Part shown: positions 19,199 through 29,087 of the stretch, in pieces
How the letters are laid out: the number at the start of each line of letters is the position of its first letter
Position numbering within the stretch: the first letter of the stretch is position 1
Origin: Candidatus Sysuiplasma jiujiangense
Lineage (GTDB): Archaea; Thermoplasmatota; Thermoplasmata; Sysuiplasmatales; Sysuiplasmataceae
Length of the DNA: 64,000 nt
Reading direction: 5' to 3'
NCBI GenBank assembly: GCA_019721075.1
Contig: JAHEAD010000006.1
Span: 1 to 64,000, forward strand
Translations under genes and position numbers: made by a program
The notes under the pieces: generated by a model
The model's input: only the letters and a program-made list of their open reading frames with translations
The model's database searches: none
Told to the model about the DNA's origin: nothing

Positions 19199-19356
19199 AC
19201 GGTTCTCACGCCACGGAGAGTGAATGCAGTGAAATCTATTATCTTTGCGCCAGCCTCGGTGCATGGCAATAATGCGCACATCTGTTCGTATTTCGTGCTG
19301 TGGTAAAACGCTTGAACCAAAATCCGCTTATAAGATTCATGCGTCTCACTTCAGCT

Positions 19357-19695
19357 ATGACAGAGGGAATTGCTGAATACAGGAAGTATTCGGACGGGAT
19401 GCATGAGGAGAAGATATGGCTTGCCGCCGATTTCAGGACAATGCTCATCCGCCGGGCTATCGAAAAGGCAGGCAGCGTCAATCAGCTCGGCCGTATTCTC
19501 GGTTACCGGTCGAGGGTTCACCCCGGCTGGAGCGTCAGGCAGCTGCTCAACGGAGCTCAGCCATTCACTATGGAAAGGCTTGCCATTCTAAGCACTTTCC
19601 TGGATTATCCCATGGATGAGATACTGAAGAACAGCGTTCCGAAAAGAAGGGCGCAGAACCACAGGCATCTCAGCCCTTCATACAGCCGCACCTGA
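19357..19695 (+). CDS. Hypothetical protein with HTH-like segment
   Basis: GSVNQLGRILGY...VRQLLNG resembles an XRE-like HTH. Start uncertain. Confidence 0.55.
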   Translation: MTEGIAEYRKYSDGMHEEKIWLAADFRTMLIRRAIEKAGSVNQLGRILGYRSRVHPGWSVRQLLNGAQPFTMERLAILSTFLDYPMDEILKNSVPKRRAQNHRHLSPSYSRT

Positions 19696-19754
19696 GTTGA
19701 AACTGTTCAGCGGGAAAGAAAACGTTATTTAGGGACCTGCAAATTGCTCAACCG

Positions 19755-20690
19755 ATGGAAAACAGCACAAGGAATCTGATCATAATCGGTTCGGGACCCG
19801 CAGGACTGACTGCGGCGATTTACGCATCGAGAGCGCTTCTCAAGCCTCTCGTAATAGCAGGCAGGACGCCCGGCGGGCAGCTCATGATCACAAGCGAAGT
19901 CGAAAATTTTCCGGGTTTCCCGGAGGCAATTCTCGGACCGGACCTTATGGTGAAGATGAGGGAACAGGCATCCCGTTTCGGGTCGGACTTCATAGACGAC
20001 GACGTGACGGCGGTTGATTTCAGCACCAGACCTCTGAAAGTGATGGTTGACAGGGAAACATTCACCGCCAGGGCCGTAATCGTGGCTACGGGAGCCAGCG
20101 CTCTGTGGCTGGGGCTGGAATCCGAGAAAAGATTCATGGGAAAGGGTGTTTCGGGATGCGCAACATGCGACGGCGCATTCTTCAAGAACGCCCATGTGGC
20201 AGTGATCGGCGGGGGCGACTCCGCGCTTGAGGAAGCGCTATTCCTCACGAGGTATGCATCACATGTAACCATTGTGCACAGGCGTGACAGGCTACGGGCC
20301 TCCCCGTACATGCAGAAGAGGGCGGAGAGCAACGAAAAGATCTCATTCAAATGGAATTCAGTTGTCTCTAAGATAGTTGGCGAAAAGACCGTCAGGGGTC
20401 TGGTCCTTAAAAATGTCGAAACAGACATGGAGGAGACTATGGCTGTCGGCGGCGTTTTCGTTGCCATCGGGCACAAGCCCAATACGGACATATTCAGGGG
20501 ACAGCTGCCGCTTGACGATAAAGGGTATATAATCGTCAGGGACGGAAGCAAAACAGGCGTTGAGGGCGTCTTCGCTTCCGGAGATGTACACGATCACAGA
20601 TACAGGCAGGCCGTCACGGCGGCCGGAATGGGATGTGTTTCAGCACTTGACGCGCAGAAATACCTTGAAGAGAACGACGGGCATAATTAG
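19755..20690 (+). CDS. trxB: Thioredoxin-disulfide reductase
   Basis: GSGPAG, GGQL, CATCDG, GGGDSALEEA, YRQAVTAAG. Confidence 0.96.
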   Translation: MENSTRNLIIIGSGPAGLTAAIYASRALLKPLVIAGRTPGGQLMITSEVENFPGFPEAILGPDLMVKMREQASRFGSDFIDDDVTAVDFSTRPLKVMVDRETFTARAVIVATGASALWLGLESEKRFMGKGVSGCATCDGAFFKNAHVAVIGGGDSALEEALFLTRYASHVTIVHRRDRLRASPYMQKRAESNEKISFKWNSVVSKIVGEKTVRGLVLKNVETDMEETMAVGGVFVAIGHKPNTDIFRGQLPLDDKGYIIVRDGSKTGVEGVFASGDVHDHRYRQAVTAAGMGCVSALDAQKYLEENDGHN

Positions 20691-21766
20691 TAGCTCAGCG
20701 GCATCAGCAGGCTGAGGAAATTGGAATATGCCCCGCCATCCTCCACTGTTCCTATTGTGACGTTCCCGCCGTACCTCCGGCTGAGTATCATTACCGCCAT
20801 GACATCCACGTTGCCACGCAGGAGCGTGTCAATATCGCCAACATCGGATATGACCTTGGGAACCCTGTTTCTGGGAAACCCCTCAGGCGTGATCGTCACA
20901 AGTGTAGACCGCATCAGTGAAAGTTCCTCCTTTGCCGCAATATCGAAGCGCCTGCATCCCTTCTGGAGGTTGTTCAGAAGCGAAAGAGAGTGTTCGAACA
21001 GATCGGACAGGTGCACGTCTCCGCTTACGGTGAAATTATCCGGGCACTCAATCGTGACACTGTAATCGTGCCCGAAACTCTCTCTGAACCGTTTCGAGCC
21101 TTCCGAAATCGCTTCCGCGAGAGATCTGGGCCTGAATGTGACGTCCTCCATATTCCCTTTTGCAAGCTTGGTCAGTTTGGAGAAGGTGTTAATCAGATTG
21201 CCCACCGTTTTTGACTGTGCTATGATATTGTCTGTGAGCTTTTTTCCCACGCTGTTCTCTGTCCTGTTGAGCAGTTCGGAGAATGTGAGTATTGCCTGGT
21301 TGAGATCTCCGATATCATGCTCCATGATCTTGTTGATGCTTTCGAGATACTGTGTATATTCCGCGAGTCTCTTTTCCAGTGTATAACGTTCCATTATGAT
21401 GCGTGCCCCCTCGCTGGCATCCTTTATCGCCCTCGGGAGCGAGTCGCGGTAGCCTGGTTCACGAAGGACAAGCTGCACCGTTCCCTTCCCCAGGTATCGG
21501 AGATATCTGACAGGCTCGTCCGTCAGGAGCACCGTGGGCATTGTATTGGACTGGAGATGTATGCGCAGAAATTCCTCCTCGTTCTCCTGAAGAAATGGAA
21601 GTTCGAGGAGTGCGACTGTGCCGTAGGCCTGGGTGTTCATTGAAATGAGGAATGATACGGGGGTCGTTTCAGTAACCTGGAAACCGGGGAGTGAAGAGAG
21701 ATATGATGCATCTTCCCTGTGCCTGTCTTCACCCTCGCTGACGACGACAACGCCGATATTTTCCAT
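20687..21766 (-). CDS. Degenerate sensor histidine kinase-like protein with N-terminal receiver-like region
   Basis: Coiled coil followed by H-box-like MEHDIGDLNQAI; C-terminal RRYGGNVTI; N and G boxes not recognisable. Confidence 0.6.
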   Translation of the reverse strand: MENIGVVVVSEGEDRHREDASYLSSLPGFQVTETTPVSFLISMNTQAYGTVALLELPFLQENEEEFLRIHLQSNTMPTVLLTDEPVRYLRYLGKGTVQLVLREPGYRDSLPRAIKDASEGARIIMERYTLEKRLAEYTQYLESINKIMEHDIGDLNQAILTFSELLNRTENSVGKKLTDNIIAQSKTVGNLINTFSKLTKLAKGNMEDVTFRPRSLAEAISEGSKRFRESFGHDYSVTIECPDNFTVSGDVHLSDLFEHSLSLLNNLQKGCRRFDIAAKEELSLMRSTLVTITPEGFPRNRVPKVISDVGDIDTLLRGNVDVMAVMILSRRYGGNVTIGTVEDGGAYSNFLSLLMPLSY

Positions 21767-21874
21767 GTCACATTTCCAGCTTTCCGAATGAATTCCCGGG
21801 GCAGCCTTATAATTGTTTCTTTGACAATGATGATTGGAATAACAATCCGCCGCTTCTATTCCGCTCAGGGAGGA

Positions 21875-23173
21875 TCACCTTGGCTTGACGGTTGCGCCTG
21901 AAGGGACTCCCGGCTGTTTGAGCCGGAAGAGCAGTGAGTAGAGCGTGAACTGGCCTCCCCCCCTCTTTTCCGGCTCCTTCAGCCTCAGGAAGAGGAGTGA
22001 AGTGGAAAATCTGCCGGCCACCACAACCATGTAAGCCACAAGCAGCGCGTACCTCAAATGGTAGAAGCCCAGGAGGAACTGGAGGAGATAGCCGCCGGTA
22101 AGCGCTCCTCCGAAATAAACGATGCCGTTGAAACCGTTCATGATCGAGATGTATTCGGCCTTGTTACCTCCGGGAACTATGTCCATGAGATATGAGTTCA
22201 TGACGACATTCTGAATCGCACCCGCAATACCGCTGTATACCTCGAGGATGAGAAATTCACCGTAGGTGCTGAAAAACGCATAGAAAAATGGTATGGCGGT
22301 AAGCATAAGCCTGTTGCCGAAAATGAGGGGTGTCCTGTCTATTCTGTCAACAATTCGTCCGATCAGGAACTGGCCGATAATTGTGGCAGTCAGAGAGACA
22401 ACCGTGAGCACTGCTATCGTCGACAGGCTGAAGTGCATCAGTGATACGATTGTTATAGGGAAAAGGGGCCATGCCATGGACCAGAAGTATCCCTGGGCAT
22501 TCATTGCCACGAAATACCTGTAGAAATCGCCGTGCTGTTTTATTCTGGAAAGTGTCTTTCGCATGCTGCCTGTAATCTTTGTCCTGTGCTCCTTTTCCCT
22601 TATCTGAGTAACAAGTACTGCTGATGCAACATAGGAAGCTACTGCGGCAAGGAAAGGTATCTGTATGTCCCTTCTCACTGTTCCGTGAAGCAGGAAGATC
22701 ATGCTTCCCACTGCAACCAGGGTGCCGACAGAGCCGATATTGTTTATCACCGAGAGGAAATGGCCCCTGTTGCCCGAATCCGTAATGTCCGCTATCAGCG
22801 AGAACCAGTTCACCGTAATCATCGCGGAGATGAGGGAGAGAACAGCATATGTGACAATGAGTTCATCAGGTGTCACGACCACGGACATCATGAACCACAG
22901 CAGGGCAAGGCAGATGCTTCCGACAACAAGAAAGGGTCTCCTTCTTCCGAACCTGTCGCTCAGTCTTCCCCAGAGCAGCTGCCCGCCGTTTGCAAGGGAA
23001 TTTGCCGACGACTGGAGCCATCCCATATCTGAAGCGGAGGCACCTATGAGGACGCCGTAAGCGCCGACAAACATGGACGCAGCCGTGGCGCCCAGCGATA
23101 TGACGAGCGTCCTTATCGAAAGGACGACTTCATTTCTCATTCGATGCATCCCGTTTTTATGGGTCTGCCTCAC
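21875..23173 (-). CDS. MFS transporter
   Basis: About 12 hydrophobic segments; motif A GRLSDRFGRR. Confidence 0.9.
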   Translation of the reverse strand: MRQTHKNGMHRMRNEVVLSIRTLVISLGATAASMFVGAYGVLIGASASDMGWLQSSANSLANGGQLLWGRLSDRFGRRRPFLVVGSICLALLWFMMSVVVTPDELIVTYAVLSLISAMITVNWFSLIADITDSGNRGHFLSVINNIGSVGTLVAVGSMIFLLHGTVRRDIQIPFLAAVASYVASAVLVTQIREKEHRTKITGSMRKTLSRIKQHGDFYRYFVAMNAQGYFWSMAWPLFPITIVSLMHFSLSTIAVLTVVSLTATIIGQFLIGRIVDRIDRTPLIFGNRLMLTAIPFFYAFFSTYGEFLILEVYSGIAGAIQNVVMNSYLMDIVPGGNKAEYISIMNGFNGIVYFGGALTGGYLLQFLLGFYHLRYALLVAYMVVVAGRFSTSLLFLRLKEPEKRGGGQFTLYSLLFRLKQPGVPSGATVKPR

Positions 23174-23320
23174 CCCTGAAGGTGCTTATAAAAATTGTGA
23201 TGGCCCTCTCATCCGGCGGAACGACAGGCGCATGTGGCGACGATCGAGACAGGAAACGGAAAACAATTTCGCCGTCAGCCCTGCGAATGATCGCACGGCG
23301 GGCTGTGAAAGATCTGGCTC

Positions 23321-24406
23321 TTACCGCAACATGCTGCCGTCGTTCCTCACCCTGCGGGTCTGCATCCTTCTCCCCTTCTCGAGTGCAAGAACGAAACCGT
23401 CCGCGGCAGGATCTTCCAGATGAACGGATCTGTTCTTCCCGCGCTTCAGCACAACCCCCTGCCGCTGCGGTGCTGTGGTTCCGATAACGTGAGACTGTAT
23501 TCCGCTGCTGCGGAGCTTATCCAGTATATCGCCGGCGTATCGCTCTTTCACTGTCACAAGCAGCATCCCTTCGCTGCTGCTCTTGTACGGATTGAAACCA
23601 AGGAAATCAGACAGTGCCGCGATTTCGCTGTCATATGTCGATGCCGGCAGTTCAACTGTAAAGCCGACGTTCGATGAGTGCGCAATCTCATGGATTGCAC
23701 CGAATAGCCCCCTTTCACTTGCATCATGCATTGATGTTATGCCGTGCATGCCGGCCAGGACAGTGGTCTTTTCCAGGATGGAAAGCTCACTGAGGCGCCT
23801 CCGCAGCCTTCCAATGAATCCCCTCCCGAAGTTCTGCGTCAGTATCTCCTCCAGTTCGTATGAAAGGAGAATGCTGCTCTCCAGTGCGGGCGTGCCTGCG
23901 CCGATGAGCAGATCTCCCGGTCCGGCATTGACGGGCAATATGAGGCTGTCCGGATGGCCGGTGGCAATTACTGTTCCGGCACCGAGTACTGGCGGGGCAC
24001 ACCCTTCATACTTCCCGGTGTGGCCCGTTACAATAGAAGCGCCGATATTTCCTGCCTCCCTGTTGAATGTTTCGCTTATTGAAAAAATGCGTTTCTTCGG
24101 ATAATCCTCCGGAAGGTTCCAGTCAACCGCTATGTACTCCGGCATCAGGCCTGAAAGGGCGGTATCTGCAACCATAATCTGGAAGGCAAACCAGGCCGCC
24201 TCACTGACGCGCATTCCTGGATTGATATAGAGCGGATCGGTGCTGACAACCATTGCCATGTCCTTGGTCAGCGATATGACGCCGAAATCAGCGCCGTAAC
24301 GCGGCCCCAGGACGACACTCCTTTTCTTCGCGCCTGTGAGTCTGCAGAGCCGCTCGATATCCCTGATCGTGAATTTGCCCTGTCTGCCCAACGTAGCCTT
24401 GTTCAA
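23321..24406 (-). CDS. AIR synthase-related protein (HypE/ThiL/PurM superfamily)
   Basis: STDP, IVTGHTG, MHDASERGL, SSEG motifs. Confidence 0.82.
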   Translation of the reverse strand: MNKATLGRQGKFTIRDIERLCRLTGAKKRSVVLGPRYGADFGVISLTKDMAMVVSTDPLYINPGMRVSEAAWFAFQIMVADTALSGLMPEYIAVDWNLPEDYPKKRIFSISETFNREAGNIGASIVTGHTGKYEGCAPPVLGAGTVIATGHPDSLILPVNAGPGDLLIGAGTPALESSILLSYELEEILTQNFGRGFIGRLRRRLSELSILEKTTVLAGMHGITSMHDASERGLFGAIHEIAHSSNVGFTVELPASTYDSEIAALSDFLGFNPYKSSSEGMLLVTVKERYAGDILDKLRSSGIQSHVIGTTAPQRQGVVLKRGKNRSVHLEDPAADGFVLALEKGRRMQTRRVRNDGSMLR

Positions 24407-24491
24407 CGGACTACCATACTCCCGGCGGAATTATAATTATCGCCCGTCCTGTGCAATTATTATTATGCCACGCGGGATCAGCCGTTACACA

Positions 24492-25136
24492 ATGGCCAGA
24501 AACACGCTGACATCAGAGCTGTCTGTCTATCTCAGGGTCCGGAAGGCAGGCGAGGTGCCGCTGGAAGTCTACGACACCCTTTATTATTCAGGCAGATTCG
24601 ATCCTATATACAGAATCCAGGGGGATATGGTGCTGAGCGCCTATTACAGACCGGAAGGATACAGGGAAAGCAGAATAAGAAGGATGGGAAGGAATGTGCT
24701 GAAGGAACTGACAATAGATTTGAAAGACAGGCCCGGTGGCACAGAGGTAAAGGTAGAGAATATGATTCCGGTATTCGAGGAGGAGCGTTCATTCTTCAGG
24801 GACCCCAAGATCAGGCTGTCCACAAAGTCGAACTCGCCTGCTTCCAGGTTTCAAGGCACAGTGGACGGGCAGATCTGCGTGCTCGGGTTTGCGGAATCGG
24901 TGCTGCTAAAGATAGACGGACTCGAACCTTCCGAGGATGGAAGGCTGCTACTGACGCTGCATGACAGGGAATTCGAAACAGCAGCAGTGAAGAGGTTGTC
25001 AGCCGGCCTGTCAGGCTCAGGCATCAGAGCATCCGTTACCAGGCATACGATCTCCGTTGAATACAGGCGTAATGAGTTTGCCCGGATAGCACTGCCGTTC
25101 ATCACCGATGTTCTGGAAAACAACACTGTTGCCTAG
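24492..25136 (+). CDS. Hypothetical protein
   Basis: Protein-like ORF divergent from the AIR synthase-like gene; start 24465 or 24492. Confidence 0.7.
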   Translation: MARNTLTSELSVYLRVRKAGEVPLEVYDTLYYSGRFDPIYRIQGDMVLSAYYRPEGYRESRIRRMGRNVLKELTIDLKDRPGGTEVKVENMIPVFEEERSFFRDPKIRLSTKSNSPASRFQGTVDGQICVLGFAESVLLKIDGLEPSEDGRLLLTLHDREFETAAVKRLSAGLSGSGIRASVTRHTISVEYRRNEFARIALPFITDVLENNTVA

Positions 25137-26032
25137 ACATGCATGGTCTGCATCAGGGGCGGCTCGAATTCATGCGTGCTGATTTCCAGATCCTCCGCGG
25201 TCTGGACGGCACCACCATAACGTCCGGATGAGAGGTGCATCTGCTCCTCGGCTTCCCAGTATCCCTTTCCATCCGAGCCGGAAGCGGCGAGCCTTCCCGC
25301 TTCCTTCCTTGTCAGCTGTCTCCCGAGCAGAACTTCGTAGGTCCGGTTAATTGCCTGATCTGTCCTGAGCACTCTTGCAAACGCCTCAGCTATGAGGGCG
25401 GAAGTTGAAACATACAGTTTGCCTGCTGCCTTTTTTCCGAAAATGGAGGATATGGCGCCGCGTGAGCCCAATCTTCTGAGAACCGCCGAATTGCTCTCAT
25501 CCACGATAAGACCTGTCCTGAGGATCGTGTAGCTGGCACCGCTGTTTCTTGCGGACAGTTCCATTCTGTAGTTGGAGTATGCCCATCCGCCGTCCTCCGA
25601 TTCGGCAAGAAACACGGAACTCAGGCCGGCGTACCTGGCCATCTTCTTCATGGCACTCCTTGTTATTAGCGTGTTTGCAAGGCGCTCGAAGGATTCCACG
25701 CTGTCAAGGGGTATGCTCCCCGTGTTCAGGGGGGAAGCAGCGTTCACAACGTACTTCACACCTTCGAATGCAGCGTCCGGAATGTCGCCGGACCATGGAT
25801 CGCAATAGAAAAACTCAACGCCGGGCTTCCTGTCTATCCTGCCCTCGTCTTCCATCCTGAGAAGACAACGGACGTTGAACTCCGCCTTCAGAAGCTCGTA
25901 GAACAGCCTGCCGCCTATTATGCCTTCGGCGCCGGCAACCAGAACAAGATCCGGCGGTCTGATCACTTTGCTGCCCAGCATCTGCGGAACAGCGCATTCA
26001 GCCATCGGAGGGCCTGCCGGATGACCGCTCAT
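25133..26032 (-). CDS. Atypical SDR / NAD(P)H-binding protein
   Basis: VLVAGAEGIIG Rossmann motif; YTILRTG. Confidence 0.75.
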   Translation of the reverse strand: MSGHPAGPPMAECAVPQMLGSKVIRPPDLVLVAGAEGIIGGRLFYELLKAEFNVRCLLRMEDEGRIDRKPGVEFFYCDPWSGDIPDAAFEGVKYVVNAASPLNTGSIPLDSVESFERLANTLITRSAMKKMARYAGLSSVFLAESEDGGWAYSNYRMELSARNSGASYTILRTGLIVDESNSAVLRRLGSRGAISSIFGKKAAGKLYVSTSALIAEAFARVLRTDQAINRTYEVLLGRQLTRKEAGRLAASGSDGKGYWEAEEQMHLSSGRYGGAVQTAEDLEISTHEFEPPLMQTMHV

Positions 26033-26166
26033 TTATTCACTTTCTCCATTTGTCCGCTTATTCAACAGAAAGATAATATATGAAACTTTTTTTGCTTTAC
26101 ACGTGACAACCGCTCTTCCAATCGGCAGCAGCCTGCAGGTTGTGCTGAAAGGAGGGACTGAAGGCA

Positions 26167-26691
26167 ATGGCGAGATATGAGACGGTGCGCAACCCGGAAG
26201 GAGTGGCTGTGAATATATGGAGAGATCCTGCGCCCGGCCCTCATCTCCTGCGGGAAATTGCAGAAGGCATAGAGCAGGTGGGTGAAATAAGACGTATCCT
26301 GAACCGTTATTCACTCGACCTTGACTTCATCCGCAGGATAACAGTCATGATTGATGATGAAAACGACTTCTACATGTATGTCAACGATAAAAGCGGACAG
26401 GTGATCGTATGCAGAGACCATCTGTTGAATTCAGATCTGAAAACGGTATTTCTTGATATCATCCACGAAACAGTGCACATATTCCAGCTCAGCTTAGGAA
26501 TGGACCTCTTCGACAAGAAATACCGCTACATCGACAGACCAACTGAACTGGAGGCATATGAAGCTGCCGTTGCCGAGGGGAAAAAGCTGGGCATGGCGGA
26601 CAGCGAACTGTTCGATTATCTTGCCGTAGACTGGGTGAACGACTCAGACCATCTCAAACTGGCCGAGAAACTGGGCGTGGCCCGCAAATGA
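26167..26691 (+). CDS. Hypothetical zincin-like protein (HExxH)
   Basis: IIHETVH with downstream PTELEAY. Confidence 0.65.
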   Translation: MARYETVRNPEGVAVNIWRDPAPGPHLLREIAEGIEQVGEIRRILNRYSLDLDFIRRITVMIDDENDFYMYVNDKSGQVIVCRDHLLNSDLKTVFLDIIHETVHIFQLSLGMDLFDKKYRYIDRPTELEAYEAAVAEGKKLGMADSELFDYLAVDWVNDSDHLKLAEKLGVARK

Positions 26692-26698
26692 CGGCATC

Positions 26699-27853
26699 TC
26701 AGGACAGATCCTTTCTTGCAAGTTCGGCCCCTCTGACCATATTCTGCAGCTTGCTGTATGCAACTTTCCATGTCCTTGTGCGCAGTCCGCAGTCAGGGTT
26801 CACATAAACAAGGCGCGGATCACCGATCAGCTCTGACGCGTGCAGTATTCTTTCCCTGACGAGATTTGGCGACTCGACGCTGTCGTCGTGCACATCGACC
26901 ACACCCAGGCCTATCTCCTTCCCGGCCTTATATTCTCCAAGTAATTTCACCACATCGTATCCTATGCGCTTTTTCATGCCAATCCTGTTACTGTCCCTGT
27001 TCGCGAACTCAAGCGCATACTGGCTTATCTTCTTCGCCTCGAGCAGCTCGGGGAACATGGCCGTGTAGTCCGTTGAATAGCAAACATGCAGCGAAAATTT
27101 GCAGTCAAATCCCTGTGTTGCCTCGTTTACCGCCTGGACGAAGTTTGATATCTGCTCCTTTCCGGGCTGAGTGCTCAGAGCCGGCTCGTCTATCTGTATC
27201 CATTTTACACCCTGCGAAACAAGCGAACTGATTTCCGGTCTTATGAGATTCTTCGAAACAGCGAAGAGCAGTTCAGTGTATGCTTTCTTCTTCAGCTCGC
27301 GCGGATCGGGATAACTGCTTTCGAGCCTCTTCTGGTAGTATTCGTTGAACGACCAGTCTGTAACCGTGTATGGGCCGGTGAAAGGAAGTTTTACAATCCT
27401 GCTGGTGTGCGCCCGTGTGAACAGGTACTCATCGAGATAGACTGGAGACTTCCACCTGATCTCGCCGATGACCGCCGCCTTCCTGTAATACTTGTTGTCC
27501 CAGGATCTGACATGCCCGATGAATTTGAAACCCTCAACCTCCCTGACAAGCGCTTCATACATCTCAGTTCTCCACTGCTCGCCGTCATAGACAATGTCGA
27601 GACCTGCCGACTCGAGATAACGAATGGCATAAATTGCAGACCACTCCCTTATTTTTTCACGCACTTCTGGAGAATCATCAGACTTCAGGTACTCAAGCAG
27701 TTTCTCGTATTCTTCAATTTTGAGCTTCTTCCCCCAGTACTTCGCCTCGCTGAAGTCGCTGTCTGATATCGGCACGCCCCTGTAACCGAGAACCCGCCAG
27801 TTGGGTTTCGAAAGGCTGCCAATCTCCTGGGCGGGGAAGAGTTCAGGAGCCAT
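26699..27853 (-). CDS. metE: Cobalamin-independent methionine synthase, catalytic (C-terminal-type) subunit
   Basis: EIGSL, DGEQ, TGPYT, IQIDEPA, HVCY, VNPDCGLRTR. Confidence 0.9.
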   Translation of the reverse strand: MAPELFPAQEIGSLSKPNWRVLGYRGVPISDSDFSEAKYWGKKLKIEEYEKLLEYLKSDDSPEVREKIREWSAIYAIRYLESAGLDIVYDGEQWRTEMYEALVREVEGFKFIGHVRSWDNKYYRKAAVIGEIRWKSPVYLDEYLFTRAHTSRIVKLPFTGPYTVTDWSFNEYYQKRLESSYPDPRELKKKAYTELLFAVSKNLIRPEISSLVSQGVKWIQIDEPALSTQPGKEQISNFVQAVNEATQGFDCKFSLHVCYSTDYTAMFPELLEAKKISQYALEFANRDSNRIGMKKRIGYDVVKLLGEYKAGKEIGLGVVDVHDDSVESPNLVRERILHASELIGDPRLVYVNPDCGLRTRTWKVAYSKLQNMVRGAELARKDLS

Positions 27854-28814
27854 TTTCCAGCCTCCTCGCTGCCTCGCTTATGACTTTCATCTTGTCCTCG
27901 GCGGTAAACCGCGGAAGAAATTCAAGATCTGCATTGGGAATGACGGCAACCTGTTTTATGTCGCCCAGTTTTTCTATGACAGACTTCACAAAGTTCACAA
28001 CCCAGTCGACGCTCTCCAGCAGGCTGTTCCGGGCATCTATGCATCCGACGGCAATTCCCTTCTTCGTGTCAAAGTCAGTCACTGATGACAGTGCTGTTGA
28101 AAAAAAGTCGACGCCTATCACTGAAGCATTGAAGTCGATCAGTTCCCTGAAATGCCCTTCAAGGTTTCCGAAGGGGAAATTGAGCATCACCTCGCACTTG
28201 AGCCTCTGGGTGGTGAGGTTGAACGCATCAATCGCCATCTCTATGTCCTCCTGCGCAGGTTTTCTGAAGAAAAGAAACGGTTCGACAAATTCTATCTGTC
28301 CCACTCCCTTCTCCTCAAGGAAGAGAGCTACCCTCTCCATTTCCTGCGCGAACGAGAAAACACCCGATCTCCTGTCAGGGAAATATCTGTCGTCTGAAGC
28401 CATGTATAGCGCATATGGCGCCGGAATCACGAGTTTTGCTCTCCTGCCGAATTCCCACGTCCGCTCGAAGTAGTATTTCGCAAGCTTCCTGTGTGAGATG
28501 CTTGGATATGCGTTGATAATCGGCTTCCTGTAGAATGTGTTGTTGTCGAACCATCTTGTCAGCTGAGGACCGCTGTCAAGGCCCTCAAGCGCATCGACAA
28601 ACGGCCTTATCAGATCCTGCCAGTAAAACATAGGATCTGAAATGTATGTATAGCCCTCCTGTACCTGGATAGAAAAATCCCTGGCAGCGGCTGCCATCCT
28701 GAGTTCCTCCAGCTCCTCTTCTGTTATTCGTTTCCTGTCCCAGTCCCTTGTACCGGAAATCAATTCTTCAGTCCTCGGCTGAATCCCGACAAGATATTTT
28801 TGAATGGTGGGCAT
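27843..28814 (-). CDS. MetE N-terminal-like subunit (split MetE)
   Basis: WQDLIRP, TRWFDNNTFYRKP, IDARNS; overlaps the start of the catalytic subunit. Confidence 0.82.
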   Translation of the reverse strand: MPTIQKYLVGIQPRTEELISGTRDWDRKRITEEELEELRMAAAARDFSIQVQEGYTYISDPMFYWQDLIRPFVDALEGLDSGPQLTRWFDNNTFYRKPIINAYPSISHRKLAKYYFERTWEFGRRAKLVIPAPYALYMASDDRYFPDRRSGVFSFAQEMERVALFLEEKGVGQIEFVEPFLFFRKPAQEDIEMAIDAFNLTTQRLKCEVMLNFPFGNLEGHFRELIDFNASVIGVDFFSTALSSVTDFDTKKGIAVGCIDARNSLLESVDWVVNFVKSVIEKLGDIKQVAVIPNADLEFLPRFTAEDKMKVISEAARRLENGS

Positions 28815-29087
28815 GCACTCAACTCTATCCCTGATGACTGGCCTGCGGTGGCCGTTTTTCAGGCTGAAGCCTGCTAAATTGTCATTGGTATAATAATGAT
28901 CCCATCGGTGAGGGAGGGGGAAGAGGATACAGGCGCAAAAAGAGACACCTGAGGAATAGCAGGCGCACAATAGGAATATAGGTTGCCTGTCCGCTCCACT
29001 CGGCAGACGGCATTTCGACACCTGGTCTGACGGTCTCAGCACGGTGCGCAATCAAGTTTAAATTGCACATACCGTTTAAACGGGCTG

